Source: an uncultured Candidatus Saccharibacteria bacterium
Lineage (GTDB): Bacteria; Patescibacteriota; Minisyncoccia; Minisyncoccales; GWA2-38-27
Reading direction: 5' to 3'
NCBI GenBank assembly: GCA_964509645.1
Contig: CAZDXV010000002.1
Location: 1,934 to 65,933 of the forward strand
DNA length: 64,000 nt
The stretch's first letter is position 1, and every line of letters begins with the position of its first letter. Position numbers and translations under genes: made by a program. Positions 1-8,106 of this stretch are shown one piece after another. The notes under the pieces were generated by a model. That model was not told where the DNA came from, did not search any database, and worked only from the letters and a program-made list of their open reading frames with translations.

Positions 1-32
1 CCGCTAGACGATGGGGCCTCTTGTATAATTTA

Positions 33-716
33 TCACAAATTAGGCCTTTTGTCGACAAAGTTAATTTCCTTCAAAGCCTGGGAAACCTCTACAAGATTAA
101 CGTCAAAAACTGTAGCTACTCCCACCGCAGCCAAAGCATTATACACATAAGATTTGCCAGAAATCTTCTGGAGCCAGAAAGGAACAGTATATCCTTCATA
201 ATTTGCCTTGAAATTAATTCCTTCAGAATCAATATTTAGGGCAGTAGCCTGAACATCTGCCCTTTTCTGAAAACCGTAGGTTAGAACTCGGGCTACTGTT
301 TCGTTCTCAATTTCTTTAACTGTTTCATCATCAAAGTTTAAAATGCAGAAACCTCGAGCAGGCAACACTTCAGCCAGTTTTCTAGAGCAGAAAGAATCCT
401 TTTTCTCCCCTGAAAAAAAACACCGCTCTTTTGGTATTTCTCCCAAGCGAGTAACTATTAAAACGGGCTTGCTTGATCTTTTAAGAAAAAACTTGAGCCC
501 GTTTAAAATTTTAGGACTTATCTTTTTTGTCTTGAAAATAATTACTTCCTCTTGACTCAAAACCCAAGGAAGATTTCCGTTAACTATTACTTTTACTTTA
601 GAAGATTTTAAAACTCTCAATATTGCTTTAGACACAGGTTCTGATTCTTTGCCTGTAATTAAAATTAGAGGGGGCCTCTGAAAAAAGAAAAGTAGTTTTT
701 TGAAGAAATTTGCCAT
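33..716 (-). CDS. Mur ligase family protein, MurF-like central domain only (227 aa); degenerate P-loop, possibly truncated or a pseudogene
   Basis: Sits directly after ftsI in dcw order. Central-domain motifs ILNFDDETV, VLTYGF and NALAAVGVATVF resemble MurF/MurE. The expected GxxGKT(T/S) is ITGKESEP. The ORF ends at TGA (33-35), immediately followed by TAA, before any C-terminal domain. Confidence 0.55.
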   Translation of the reverse strand: MANFFKKLLFFFQRPPLILITGKESEPVSKAILRVLKSSKVKVIVNGNLPWVLSQEEVIIFKTKKISPKILNGLKFFLKRSSKPVLIVTRLGEIPKERCFFSGEKKDSFCSRKLAEVLPARGFCILNFDDETVKEIENETVARVLTYGFQKRADVQATALNIDSEGINFKANYEGYTVPFWLQKISGKSYVYNALAAVGVATVFDVNLVEVSQALKEINFVDKRPNL

Positions 717-717
717 A

Positions 718-2370
718 TTAGTCTTGATAGTCAGGAGGTATTTGCAGATAATCTACAATATATTTTCCAAGCTCTGCAAACATGGGAACTACAGAATACT
801 CAGCTGTTTTAGTTTCAGGATTATTAACCTTTATTAAAACCAAAAATCTAGGGTTAAAAGCAGGAGCAAAGCCTATAAAGCTTTGCCAAGTTTCCTCAGA
901 ATAACCTTTTTTATTAACTCCAAGAGAAGACCAGGGAATCTGAGAGGTTCCTGTTTTCCCTGCAATATAGTAGCCAGGTATTTTAGCCTTCTTTCCAAAA
1001 CCGTTTTCTATTACAGAAACAAGCATAGCGATTATCTTAGAAGAGGTCTCAGGAGAAATAATATTGTCTCTTACTATCTCTATCTCTGTTTCAATAACTT
1101 CCCCGTTTTTAGAAATACTTTCTACCACAAAGGGCCTTAAAAGCTTTCCTCCGTTAGCAATTACACTAAAGGCTCTAGCCATTTGGAGGGGTGTTATTTC
1201 AATTCCCTGCCCAAAAGAAGCTGTCGCATAATTTATTTCGTATCCTTTTCTGAATTCTTTGTTTTCCGAAAAGACTTCTCCTTGAAGATCGATTCCTGTG
1301 GGCTCAAAAAAACCGAAGTTTTCAATATACCTTAAAAACTCTTCGTGCCCCAACTGCCTTTCTGCAAAAACAGCTCCTGTATTAATCGACTTCTCTAAAA
1401 CTTCTGTCATGGACTGCTCTCCCCAAGACCTTTCTCCGTAGTTATATATTTTATATCCCCCTATTTTAATTACGCCGCTATCTGCATAGGTAGTATTTGG
1501 AGAAACGGCGTTTTCGTTTAGAGCTGAGGCCATGGTAACAGCTTTAAAAACAGATCCCGGTTCATAAATTTTCTGAATAGTTCCATTCTGAAAAATATCA
1601 AAATTTTCAGCTTTAGAATAATTATTTGGATCAAAGCGAGGATAATTTGCTAAAGCAAGAATCTTTCCTGTTTGAGGATCCATAACTATTATATGCCCCC
1701 CTTTAATGTTGAGCTCGTCTTTGGCTTTTTCCAAAAGTTTTTCTGACATAAACTGGATATTATAGTCAATAGTTAGATTAAGGTCGGCTCCGTTAACGCT
1801 TCTGTCAATCAAACTTTCATCTTCTGGAAAAAATTCTTTTCCTTTTAAAATATCGCTGTAGTAACCCTCTAAGCCATATTGTCCTTGGTTGTCCCCTCCA
1901 AAAAAACCCACCAAATGAGAAGCTGTTTTGTTTTGGGGGTACTTTCTAAACGTCGCTTTATTTATAAACACTCCCGGAATATCCTCTTTTTCTATTTTTT
2001 CTTCTGTTTCTTTATCCAAATCTTCCGCTATTTTTGCCAGAATCCCCTCTTCATTTAAAATACTTAAAATTTCTTCTTTTTCTCTGTCTAATATGTCGGC
2101 CAACCTTTGAGATGTTTTCTCTTTATCTTCTACTTTTTCTAAAGAAACAAAAACATAGCTTCCTTTTACATTTATAGCTAAAGCTTCTCCGCCTCTAAAA
2201 AAAATCTGCCCTCTCTCTCCTTGAGCGGGCTTGAACATTTTATGTTGGCCTTGGGCTAAAGCTTGATAAAAGTCGTGTTTTATTATCTGTAGATTTATCA
2301 TCTGGGCTATCAACCCCAGACCCAAGAGAATAACAAAAACTAATACGAAATTAATCCTCCAGTTCTTCAT
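718..2370 (-). CDS. ftsI: Penicillin-binding protein 2/3 family transpeptidase (FtsI-like)
   Basis: N-terminal TM helix. Transpeptidase motifs SVFK (SxxK), SIN (SxN) and KTGT are present. dcw position after ftsL. Confidence 0.9.
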   Translation of the reverse strand: MKNWRINFVLVFVILLGLGLIAQMINLQIIKHDFYQALAQGQHKMFKPAQGERGQIFFRGGEALAINVKGSYVFVSLEKVEDKEKTSQRLADILDREKEEILSILNEEGILAKIAEDLDKETEEKIEKEDIPGVFINKATFRKYPQNKTASHLVGFFGGDNQGQYGLEGYYSDILKGKEFFPEDESLIDRSVNGADLNLTIDYNIQFMSEKLLEKAKDELNIKGGHIIVMDPQTGKILALANYPRFDPNNYSKAENFDIFQNGTIQKIYEPGSVFKAVTMASALNENAVSPNTTYADSGVIKIGGYKIYNYGERSWGEQSMTEVLEKSINTGAVFAERQLGHEEFLRYIENFGFFEPTGIDLQGEVFSENKEFRKGYEINYATASFGQGIEITPLQMARAFSVIANGGKLLRPFVVESISKNGEVIETEIEIVRDNIISPETSSKIIAMLVSVIENGFGKKAKIPGYYIAGKTGTSQIPWSSLGVNKKGYSEETWQSFIGFAPAFNPRFLVLIKVNNPETKTAEYSVVPMFAELGKYIVDYLQIPPDYQD

Positions 2371-2376
2371 TGAAAA

Positions 2377-2721
2377 CTACTTTGTTACAACTTTTGTATC
2401 TAAAACCCTTATATAGTATGTTTTATTTACTCTCTCTAAACCCAGACCCTCTAGAGAAGTCGTGATGTTGTTTAAAGAGTTAGCTTCCAAGGAATTAACT
2501 TCTAGCGACTTACTTTCTGAGGTCAATCGATTTAAATCTCTTTGGTGTTTTTGGACAGAATATCTTTCCGCTATAAATTGGTTTACTTGCAAAAGGTAGA
2601 GCCCGAAAAGAGACATAACCGTTAGCACAGCCAGAAATTGGATCGCTCTCAAAACCCCTTCATGGTTAAAAGAGTTTTTTTTAGAAACAAAGGGCAAATT
2701 CAGAGATAATGTTTTAATCAT
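2377..2721 (-). CDS. FtsL-like small bitopic cell-division protein
   Basis: 114 aa with a single TM helix followed by a coiled-coil-like region. Lies between rsmH and ftsI with an 8-nt overlap with rsmH. Confidence 0.5.
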   Translation of the reverse strand: MIKTLSLNLPFVSKKNSFNHEGVLRAIQFLAVLTVMSLFGLYLLQVNQFIAERYSVQKHQRDLNRLTSESKSLEVNSLEANSLNNITTSLEGLGLERVNKTYYIRVLDTKVVTK

Positions 2722-3562
2722 GTTTTTCTGCTGCTCGGAGCTTGCAGCTCCTTGCGCGAGGATTACTCTTTACTTCCTTTAAACTTGCTGTTATAGGTTT
2801 TTTTGTAATAATTTTAAGACCTTTTTGATTTTTAAAGAATTGTTTTGCAATTCTGTCTTCTAGGGAATGAAAGGACAGGATAACCAATCTTCCCTTAGGA
2901 GACAAAATTTCAAAAAGACGGGGCAGAGCCTTTTTTAAATGATCAAGCTCTTTGTTTGTTTCTATTCTTAGGGCCTGAAAAGTTCTAGTGGCGAAATGAA
3001 TTTTCTGAGGTTTTAAAGGAACAGCTTTTTTTATTATCTCCACTAGCTGAAAAGTGGTTTCTATCGTTTTCTTTTTTCTTTCTTCTAAGATTCTTTTAGT
3101 AATTCTTCCGGCAAACTTTTCTTCTCCGTAATCTTTTAAAGTTCTGTGAATATCTTCCTTGGGGTATTCATTAACTATAATTTTAGCTGTTAAGAAATTA
3201 TTTACCGGATCAAACCTCATATCAAGAGGCTCATCCTTCTGAAAGGAGAATCCCCTACCCGACTTCTCCAAATGCCAGCTTGAAAGTCCAAGATCTAAAA
3301 GTATGCCGTCTATTCTATCAAACTCTTCAATCTCAGAATAACTTTTGTTAAAGAGAGCAACTCTATCTAGTTTTTGATTTTTTAACTTTTGAAAAAGAAC
3401 AGGATCTCGCTCTATAGCTACAACTTTTCCCTCTGGCCCGTTGCGGTCCAAAATCATCCTGGTATGTCCCCCTTCTCCTGCCGTAGCGTCAATAAAATTC
3501 TTGTTTCTCCTGACTTCTAAATATTCCAAAACTTCTTTTTTAAGAACAGGCTCGTGAATCAT
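2714..3562 (-). CDS. rsmH: 16S rRNA (cytosine1402-N4)-methyltransferase RsmH/MraW
   Basis: HEPVLKKEVLEYL start, SAM motif DATAGEGGHT, and LDLGLSS and SFHSLEDR motifs. Follows mraZ. Confidence 0.95.
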   Translation of the reverse strand: MIHEPVLKKEVLEYLEVRRNKNFIDATAGEGGHTRMILDRNGPEGKVVAIERDPVLFQKLKNQKLDRVALFNKSYSEIEEFDRIDGILLDLGLSSWHLEKSGRGFSFQKDEPLDMRFDPVNNFLTAKIIVNEYPKEDIHRTLKDYGEEKFAGRITKRILEERKKKTIETTFQLVEIIKKAVPLKPQKIHFATRTFQALRIETNKELDHLKKALPRLFEILSPKGRLVILSFHSLEDRIAKQFFKNQKGLKIITKKPITASLKEVKSNPRARSCKLRAAEKHD

Positions 3563-3994
3563 CTATATTCCCAGCTCTTCAAGATTAGAGACCATATCGT
3601 CAACCTTGGGCTCAATCTTGCTTTTAAAGCTGTTCCATTTCTTTTCATCCCAGATCTCCAGTCTGTTAGAGAGACCGCAAACAACAGTGTTCTTTTTCAG
3701 AGTTGCATAATCTTTAAGGTAATCGGGTATCAGTACTCTTCCTAATCTGTCTATACCGGCTAGCACTGCGCCCGCCAGCATTATCCTGGCAAAGTTCCTT
3801 GCTTCTTTTCTGCTTATAGGAAGCTTCTCTAGTTTTTTAGACATTACATTCCATTCTTTTTCAGGATAAACAACAAGGCATTTATCTACCCCCTTTGTAA
3901 TCACCACTTTCTTTCCCAGCTTCTTTCTAAACTTGGCCGGCAGAGCCAGTCTTTTCTTGCTGTCTATTGTGTGTTTGTATTCTCCTATAAACAT
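3563..3994 (-). CDS. mraZ: Transcriptional regulator MraZ
   Basis: MFIGEYKHTIDSKKRLALPAKFRK matches the MraZ N-terminus, and a second DxxxR-type half is present. The track ORF starts at TTG 4039; I prefer ATG 3994 at MFIGEY. Confidence 0.9.
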   Translation of the reverse strand: MFIGEYKHTIDSKKRLALPAKFRKKLGKKVVITKGVDKCLVVYPEKEWNVMSKKLEKLPISRKEARNFARIMLAGAVLAGIDRLGRVLIPDYLKDYATLKKNTVVCGLSNRLEIWDEKKWNSFKSKIEPKVDDMVSNLEELGI

Positions 3995-4056
3995 AAGGTT
4001 ATCCACTAATCTAAGGGGTTTTCCCATAGTTTTCCACAATCTACCACCTTACTTCC

Positions 4057-4086
4057 TTTATACCCCACTTTAGACTACCTCGTCAA
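4057..4086 (-). promoter_or_regulatory. Candidate Pmra promoter (TTGACG-18-TATAAA) with a GTGGGG box in the spacer
   Basis: Minus strand reads TTGACGaggtagtctaaagtggggTATAAA upstream of mraZ. Confidence 0.4.
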
Positions 4087-4218
4087 CCCCTTACTACCAC
4101 CCCCTAAAATGAACTTAAATAAGGAGTTTTTCCACAAAGAATTCACAGATACAAAAAAGACCCTGCTTTAAAGGGCCTCTATAACACTAAAATAACTATC
4201 GGGCTCTAGATAAAGAAT

Positions 4219-4362
4219 CTATCCTTTTATCACTAAAAAAAATCCAGCTCCTAAAGCGGATAAAATAATCACAGCCGCTATAATCGTTATTAAAACAACT
4301 CCTTTTTGAGTCCGATATCCTGGGTTTCCAAATCTAGGAAATTGAGGATCTATTTTATTCAT
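4219..4362 (-). CDS. Small membrane peptide (47 aa), unlisted ORF
   Basis: ATG at 4362, 4 nt after the Clp-like stop. Translation is MNKIDPQFPRFGNPGYRTQKGVVLITIIAAVIILSALGAGFFLVIKG with one clear TM helix; stop TAG 4219-4221. Confidence 0.35.
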   Translation of the reverse strand: MNKIDPQFPRFGNPGYRTQKGVVLITIIAAVIILSALGAGFFLVIKG

Positions 4363-4366
4363 AAGC

Positions 4367-6874
4367 TTAATTGATTATTACTTTAAAGTTGTTGGAGTTA
4401 ACTTTAACCCTGTCTCCTCTTTTAAGCTCTCCCGACAAAAGAGCTGATGCTAATTTGTTTTCTACCTTGTCTTGGATAACTCTTCTCATTTCTCTGGCTC
4501 CAAACTGAGGGTTGTATCCCAGATCAACTATTCTTTCCTTAAGCTTTTCTGTTATCTCAAAATCTATCCCTTTACTTTCTAGATTCTCTTTCAAATCTTT
4601 AAGCATAAGCTCTGATATATCCAGTAGGTTTTCTTTGTTTAGGGGTCCAAAAACCACCACGGCATCAAAACGGTTTATAAACTCCGGCCTGAAAACTCTT
4701 TTATCAAAAAGGTATTCCAAAAGCTTCTTTTTAACTTTCTTCCATTCTTCTTTCTCTTTTATCGCCTTGAGAATTACCTTATATCCTGCATTGCTGGTAG
4801 CTATAATAATTGAGCTCTTGAAATCAACTCTCCTGCCCAATCCGTCTGTAAGGCGTCCTTCGTCTAAAACTTGTAAAAAAAGATTGAGAATATTAGGATG
4901 GGCTTTTTCTATCTCGTCTAAAAGAATAAGGGAAAAAGGATCTTCTCTTGCAGCTGTAGTTAAAATCCCCTCCTCTGAAGAAGACCCAATTAGGCGGGGT
5001 ATATCATCTGTATTCTGAAACTCAGACATATCAAGCCTTATCATTTTCTTTTCAGACCCAAAGTAAACTTCAGCTAAAGCTTTGGAGGTTTCTGTCTTTC
5101 CCACTCCGGTAGGCCCCATAAAGAGAAAAGCTCCCATGGGTCCTTTTCTTACTGTTATCTCAGACCTCGCTCTTCTTAAAGCCGCTGATACCCCCTCTAC
5201 GGCCTCTTTCTGGTTTATAATCCTTCTGTGAATAAGTTCCTCTAAATCAAGAAGAGTTTCTTTTTCCCCCGATTGAAGCTCTCCTACCGGAACTTCTGTT
5301 TTCTCTGTCACGATTCTGGCTACATGCTCTGGCAAAACCGTTCTTTCTTTTCTAGAGTTCATAAAAACTGAAACCTCATCCAGAATATCCAAAGCTTTTT
5401 CAGGAAAAGGAGAAGAAAAATAGCGATCGCATAAAGATATTATCTCCTTTAAAGCAGGATATGATATGAATATCCCGTATTTTTTTTCTAAATAAGGAGT
5501 AATTTTCTCCAAAAGATCGAGCGTTTCTTCACTCGATAATTCTGAAACTTCCACCTTCTCAAAGAGAGAAAGAATTGTGCTGTTTTTCTCTATGTTGCGG
5601 TGAAGGCCTTCGTAGCTTGTTATAGCTATGATCTGAAACTGAGGCAGATGGAGATATTTTGCTATTACCCCTGAGATGTCTATAACGCCCAGTTTCGCCT
5701 CCTGACCTATGTAATTATGGAAGTCATCTATAACAAGAACAACATTTCCAGCGTGAACAACTTCCCGAAATATCTTATCCAAAGTAGATTCCAATTCCTC
5801 AGAACTTTCAATCTGGGAAGCCAGAGAAACTATGTCCAGTTCTACTACTCTTTTAAAGTGGAGATCGGGCAGACTTTTTCCAAATAAACTTTTCTCTGCT
5901 AAACTGTAAACTACGCTCTTTCTTCCAGAGCCCGGCTCCCCTATCAGGAGAACGTTATTGATCTCCCTCCGAGATAAAATCCTTTCTACAGAATCAACTT
6001 CTTTTTCATGCCCCGTGAATTCAAGTTTTTCCTTTTTAAGAGCTCTGCTCAAGTCCACAGAGAAATTATCCAGATTGACTGTGTATCCGGCAGTCCACTC
6101 TCTAGCTAAGGTCTCTTTTTTAATCAAGCTTTCATAATCCCAAAACCTTTTTTGTTTTCCCTTTTTAAATTCCAGCCAGAAAACAACGCTGTCTATGTCA
6201 TCTCTTTTAATGTTAGCTCTTAAAAGAATTCTTTTAAAAACGCTGTCTGTTTCAGCTAAAGCCACAAGAAGATCCCCGACTTCGATTCTGCAATGATTTT
6301 CTTTTTCCGCCCTTGCTAAAGCTCTCTCTATTGCCTTGTCGAAGCTTTCCTGAGAAGACAGAGGCTCTTTTTCTTTAGCTTCTTGAAGAAGAGCTTTTTT
6401 TAGTTCTTCAACATTGATTAAAAGTCTGGAAAAAACAAAATTAAGTTCCGGGTTTTCTTTTAAAAGAAAGTAGAGAAGATAAGTTGAGGAAACAGAACCC
6501 TCAGACAATTTCAAAGCTCTATAAACAGCCTTGGCTGAATCAAAGCTTAGAAACTCTGCGAAGTTAAACGTTTCCGGCTTCAAAGAAGCTTCCTCAAGAG
6601 ATACTGCCAGTTTTGGATTCTTAAGCTTCTTTTTAAAAAAGGCTCCTTTCAGCCATACAGAAATTGATAGAGAAAAGAAAACCAAAGAAAAACCAAGCAA
6701 AATGCGAGAAAGATCAGCTGTAAATCTTTGGAGAATAAATCCGTAAAGAAATAGAATAAAAGAAACTAAAAAGAGACCCAAAAAGAAACTTCTCAAAAAC
6801 TCTGAAAACCTGAAAAGAGGAAATTTCTCCCATTTTAAGGCCTTGTATATTTTAGCTTCCTTTAAATTAAACAT
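4367..6874 (-). CDS. Membrane-anchored Hsp100/Clp-family double AAA+ ATPase (ClpA/B/C-like)
   Basis: Two N-terminal hydrophobic helices, then Clp_N-like repeats. NBD1 has GEPGSGRKS and VLVIDDFHN. NBD2 is canonical: GPTGVGKTE, LLDEIEKAH, ATSNAG, RPEFINRFD. Confidence 0.8.
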   Translation of the reverse strand: MFNLKEAKIYKALKWEKFPLFRFSEFLRSFFLGLFLVSFILFLYGFILQRFTADLSRILLGFSLVFFSLSISVWLKGAFFKKKLKNPKLAVSLEEASLKPETFNFAEFLSFDSAKAVYRALKLSEGSVSSTYLLYFLLKENPELNFVFSRLLINVEELKKALLQEAKEKEPLSSQESFDKAIERALARAEKENHCRIEVGDLLVALAETDSVFKRILLRANIKRDDIDSVVFWLEFKKGKQKRFWDYESLIKKETLAREWTAGYTVNLDNFSVDLSRALKKEKLEFTGHEKEVDSVERILSRREINNVLLIGEPGSGRKSVVYSLAEKSLFGKSLPDLHFKRVVELDIVSLASQIESSEELESTLDKIFREVVHAGNVVLVIDDFHNYIGQEAKLGVIDISGVIAKYLHLPQFQIIAITSYEGLHRNIEKNSTILSLFEKVEVSELSSEETLDLLEKITPYLEKKYGIFISYPALKEIISLCDRYFSSPFPEKALDILDEVSVFMNSRKERTVLPEHVARIVTEKTEVPVGELQSGEKETLLDLEELIHRRIINQKEAVEGVSAALRRARSEITVRKGPMGAFLFMGPTGVGKTETSKALAEVYFGSEKKMIRLDMSEFQNTDDIPRLIGSSSEEGILTTAAREDPFSLILLDEIEKAHPNILNLFLQVLDEGRLTDGLGRRVDFKSSIIIATSNAGYKVILKAIKEKEEWKKVKKKLLEYLFDKRVFRPEFINRFDAVVVFGPLNKENLLDISELMLKDLKENLESKGIDFEITEKLKERIVDLGYNPQFGAREMRRVIQDKVENKLASALLSGELKRGDRVKVNSNNFKVIIN

Positions 6875-7256
6875 TAAAAAGAATCAGTTTTAAACCGAAT
6901 AAAAGAAAGAAAAGGAGGAGAAAAGGAAGAATTATCCAAACAACAAGCATTAGGACTCCTGCAATAAAGACAACTATTTCAGCCAAAAAACCGGCGAGAA
7001 TAAGAAATGTCCTTAAAAAAGCTCCTATAACCCGGGACATCATATTAAAAGTAAAGGCGTTGAGATATTTTTTAAAACTAAATCCCCTTCCGTAAGAATA
7101 AAAATATTTATGCCAAGGAGAGAAAAATGTTTTAAGAAGAACAGGAAGAGAAAAATATTTAAAAGTAAAAACAAGAAAATTCCTCCATCCTTTGAGGATC
7201 TCTCTAATCGTCTCATAATAATACCAAGCTAAAAATTGAGATATTATAGAAGTCAT
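6867..7256 (-). CDS. Hypothetical polytopic membrane protein (129 aa)
   Basis: Highly hydrophobic C-terminal half. Its stop overlaps the Clp-like start by 8 nt (AATGTTTAA). Confidence 0.5.
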   Translation of the reverse strand: MTSIISQFLAWYYYETIREILKGWRNFLVFTFKYFSLPVLLKTFFSPWHKYFYSYGRGFSFKKYLNAFTFNMMSRVIGAFLRTFLILAGFLAEIVVFIAGVLMLVVWIILPFLLLFFLLFGLKLILFNV

Positions 7257-7264
7257 CTTTGTAT

Positions 7265-7270
7265 ATTATA
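7265..7270 (-). promoter_or_regulatory. -10 box TATAAT, 8 nt before the ATG of the 129-aa gene (possible leaderless start)
   Basis: Minus strand reads TATAATatacaaagATG. Confidence 0.35.
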
Positions 7271-7361
7271 ACTTTTTAAGAAATAAAAGAAAAGCAGTTG
7301 ACTTTTAGACAGAAATAACTTAAAAAAAGAATAGCTCTTAAAAAAAGAAAGGAATGGAAGA

Positions 7362-7964
7362 ATGAGGTGGATACAGAAGAACCTAGCTAATCTGATAACA
7401 GGTTTCGGTTTTTTTCTTGTCTTGTGGCTAATTATGGTAATCATTTACGACCCCGAAAGGCTCTGGCTGGCGTTTATTCTTTTCCTTGTTGCGGGAATTA
7501 CCGACTTCCTGGACGGGAAAATAGCAAGAAAGCTCAACATTACCAGTGACGTAGGAAAGCTTCTAGACAGAATCAGAGATAAGTTTCTCGTCTGCTCTGT
7601 CTTTCCTCTTCTTTTCTGGTACCATTGGCCAAAAGAAGAGGACTTCTTTTTTCCGACCACCATCACCCTAGCTTTGGTAGCAGGCATTATGATTGTTGAG
7701 CTTTTCCTCCTTGTAGCCGGTTTTGTCGGCACGATAAAGAGATGGAATGTAGGAGCCAGCCAGGCAGGAAAAGTAAAAATGTTTGCTGAATTTATTGTAA
7801 TTGCTTTCTGGTTTTCTTCCTTGGCAGTAGACAAATATTTCCAACTGAATCTATTTTTTTATCTTGTCTATATTCTCGACGCTATGCTTGCCGTGGTTCT
7901 CTTTTTTTCAATCAAGAGCCTCGGAGGCTATTGCCACCGCTACGAAATAAAGAGCTCGCCCTAA
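7362..7964 (+). CDS. pgsA: CDP-alcohol phosphatidyltransferase (PgsA-like)
   Basis: Signature DGKIARKLNITSDVGKLLDRIRDK fits DG(x2)AR(x8)G(x3)D(x3)D. Multiple TM helices. Confidence 0.85.
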   Translation: MRWIQKNLANLITGFGFFLVLWLIMVIIYDPERLWLAFILFLVAGITDFLDGKIARKLNITSDVGKLLDRIRDKFLVCSVFPLLFWYHWPKEEDFFFPTTITLALVAGIMIVELFLLVAGFVGTIKRWNVGASQAGKVKMFAEFIVIAFWFSSLAVDKYFQLNLFFYLVYILDAMLAVVLFFSIKSLGGYCHRYEIKSSP

Positions 7965-7979
7965 AGCGAGCTTTTTTTA
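7953..7979 (+). terminator. Rho-independent terminator of pgsA
   Basis: 7-bp stem agctcgc/gcgagct with a 6-nt loop containing the stop codon, followed by seven T residues. Confidence 0.7.
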
Positions 7980-7981
7980 TA

Positions 7982-8053
7982 TGGGCGCATCTGGATTCGA
8001 ACCAGAGACCTCTATCGTGTGAAGATAGCGCTCTACCCCTGAGCCATGCGCCC
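7982..8053 (-). tRNA. tRNA-Val (anticodon CAC)
   Basis: Hand-folded cloverleaf: GGGCGCA acceptor, D-loop AGGGGTA, anticodon loop TTCACAC, T-loop TTCGAAT, discriminator A. No encoded CCA. Confidence 0.9.
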
Positions 8054-8072
8054 GATATACCATTCTATAACT

Positions 8073-8100
8073 TTGAATTATCAAAGTAAAACTATATAAT
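8073..8100 (+). promoter_or_regulatory. Candidate promoter TTGAAT-16-TATAAT, 6 nt before ATG 8107
   Basis: Read directly: ttgaat(16 nt)tataat agaata ATG. Confidence 0.45.
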
Positions 8101-8106
8101 AGAATA

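Noticed and set aside
30-38. Possibility that the TGA ending the MurF-like ORF is read as an amino acid (UGA recoding, as in Gracilibacteria/SR1)
   Set aside because: TGA is immediately followed by in-frame TAA. All other genes in the window are intact under the standard code, so there is no sign of UGA reassignment.
4512-5018. Long antisense ORFs inside real genes. Examples are 4512-5018 and 44592-45146; 54891-55280 covers all of rplQ. Others are 22480-23183, 7445-7834, 17794-18033 and 50062-50427.
   Set aside because: They are the reverse complement of Lys/Glu-rich or conserved coding sequence, giving F/L/S-rich low-complexity peptides. They have no start context or independent motifs, which is typical of AT-rich genomes.
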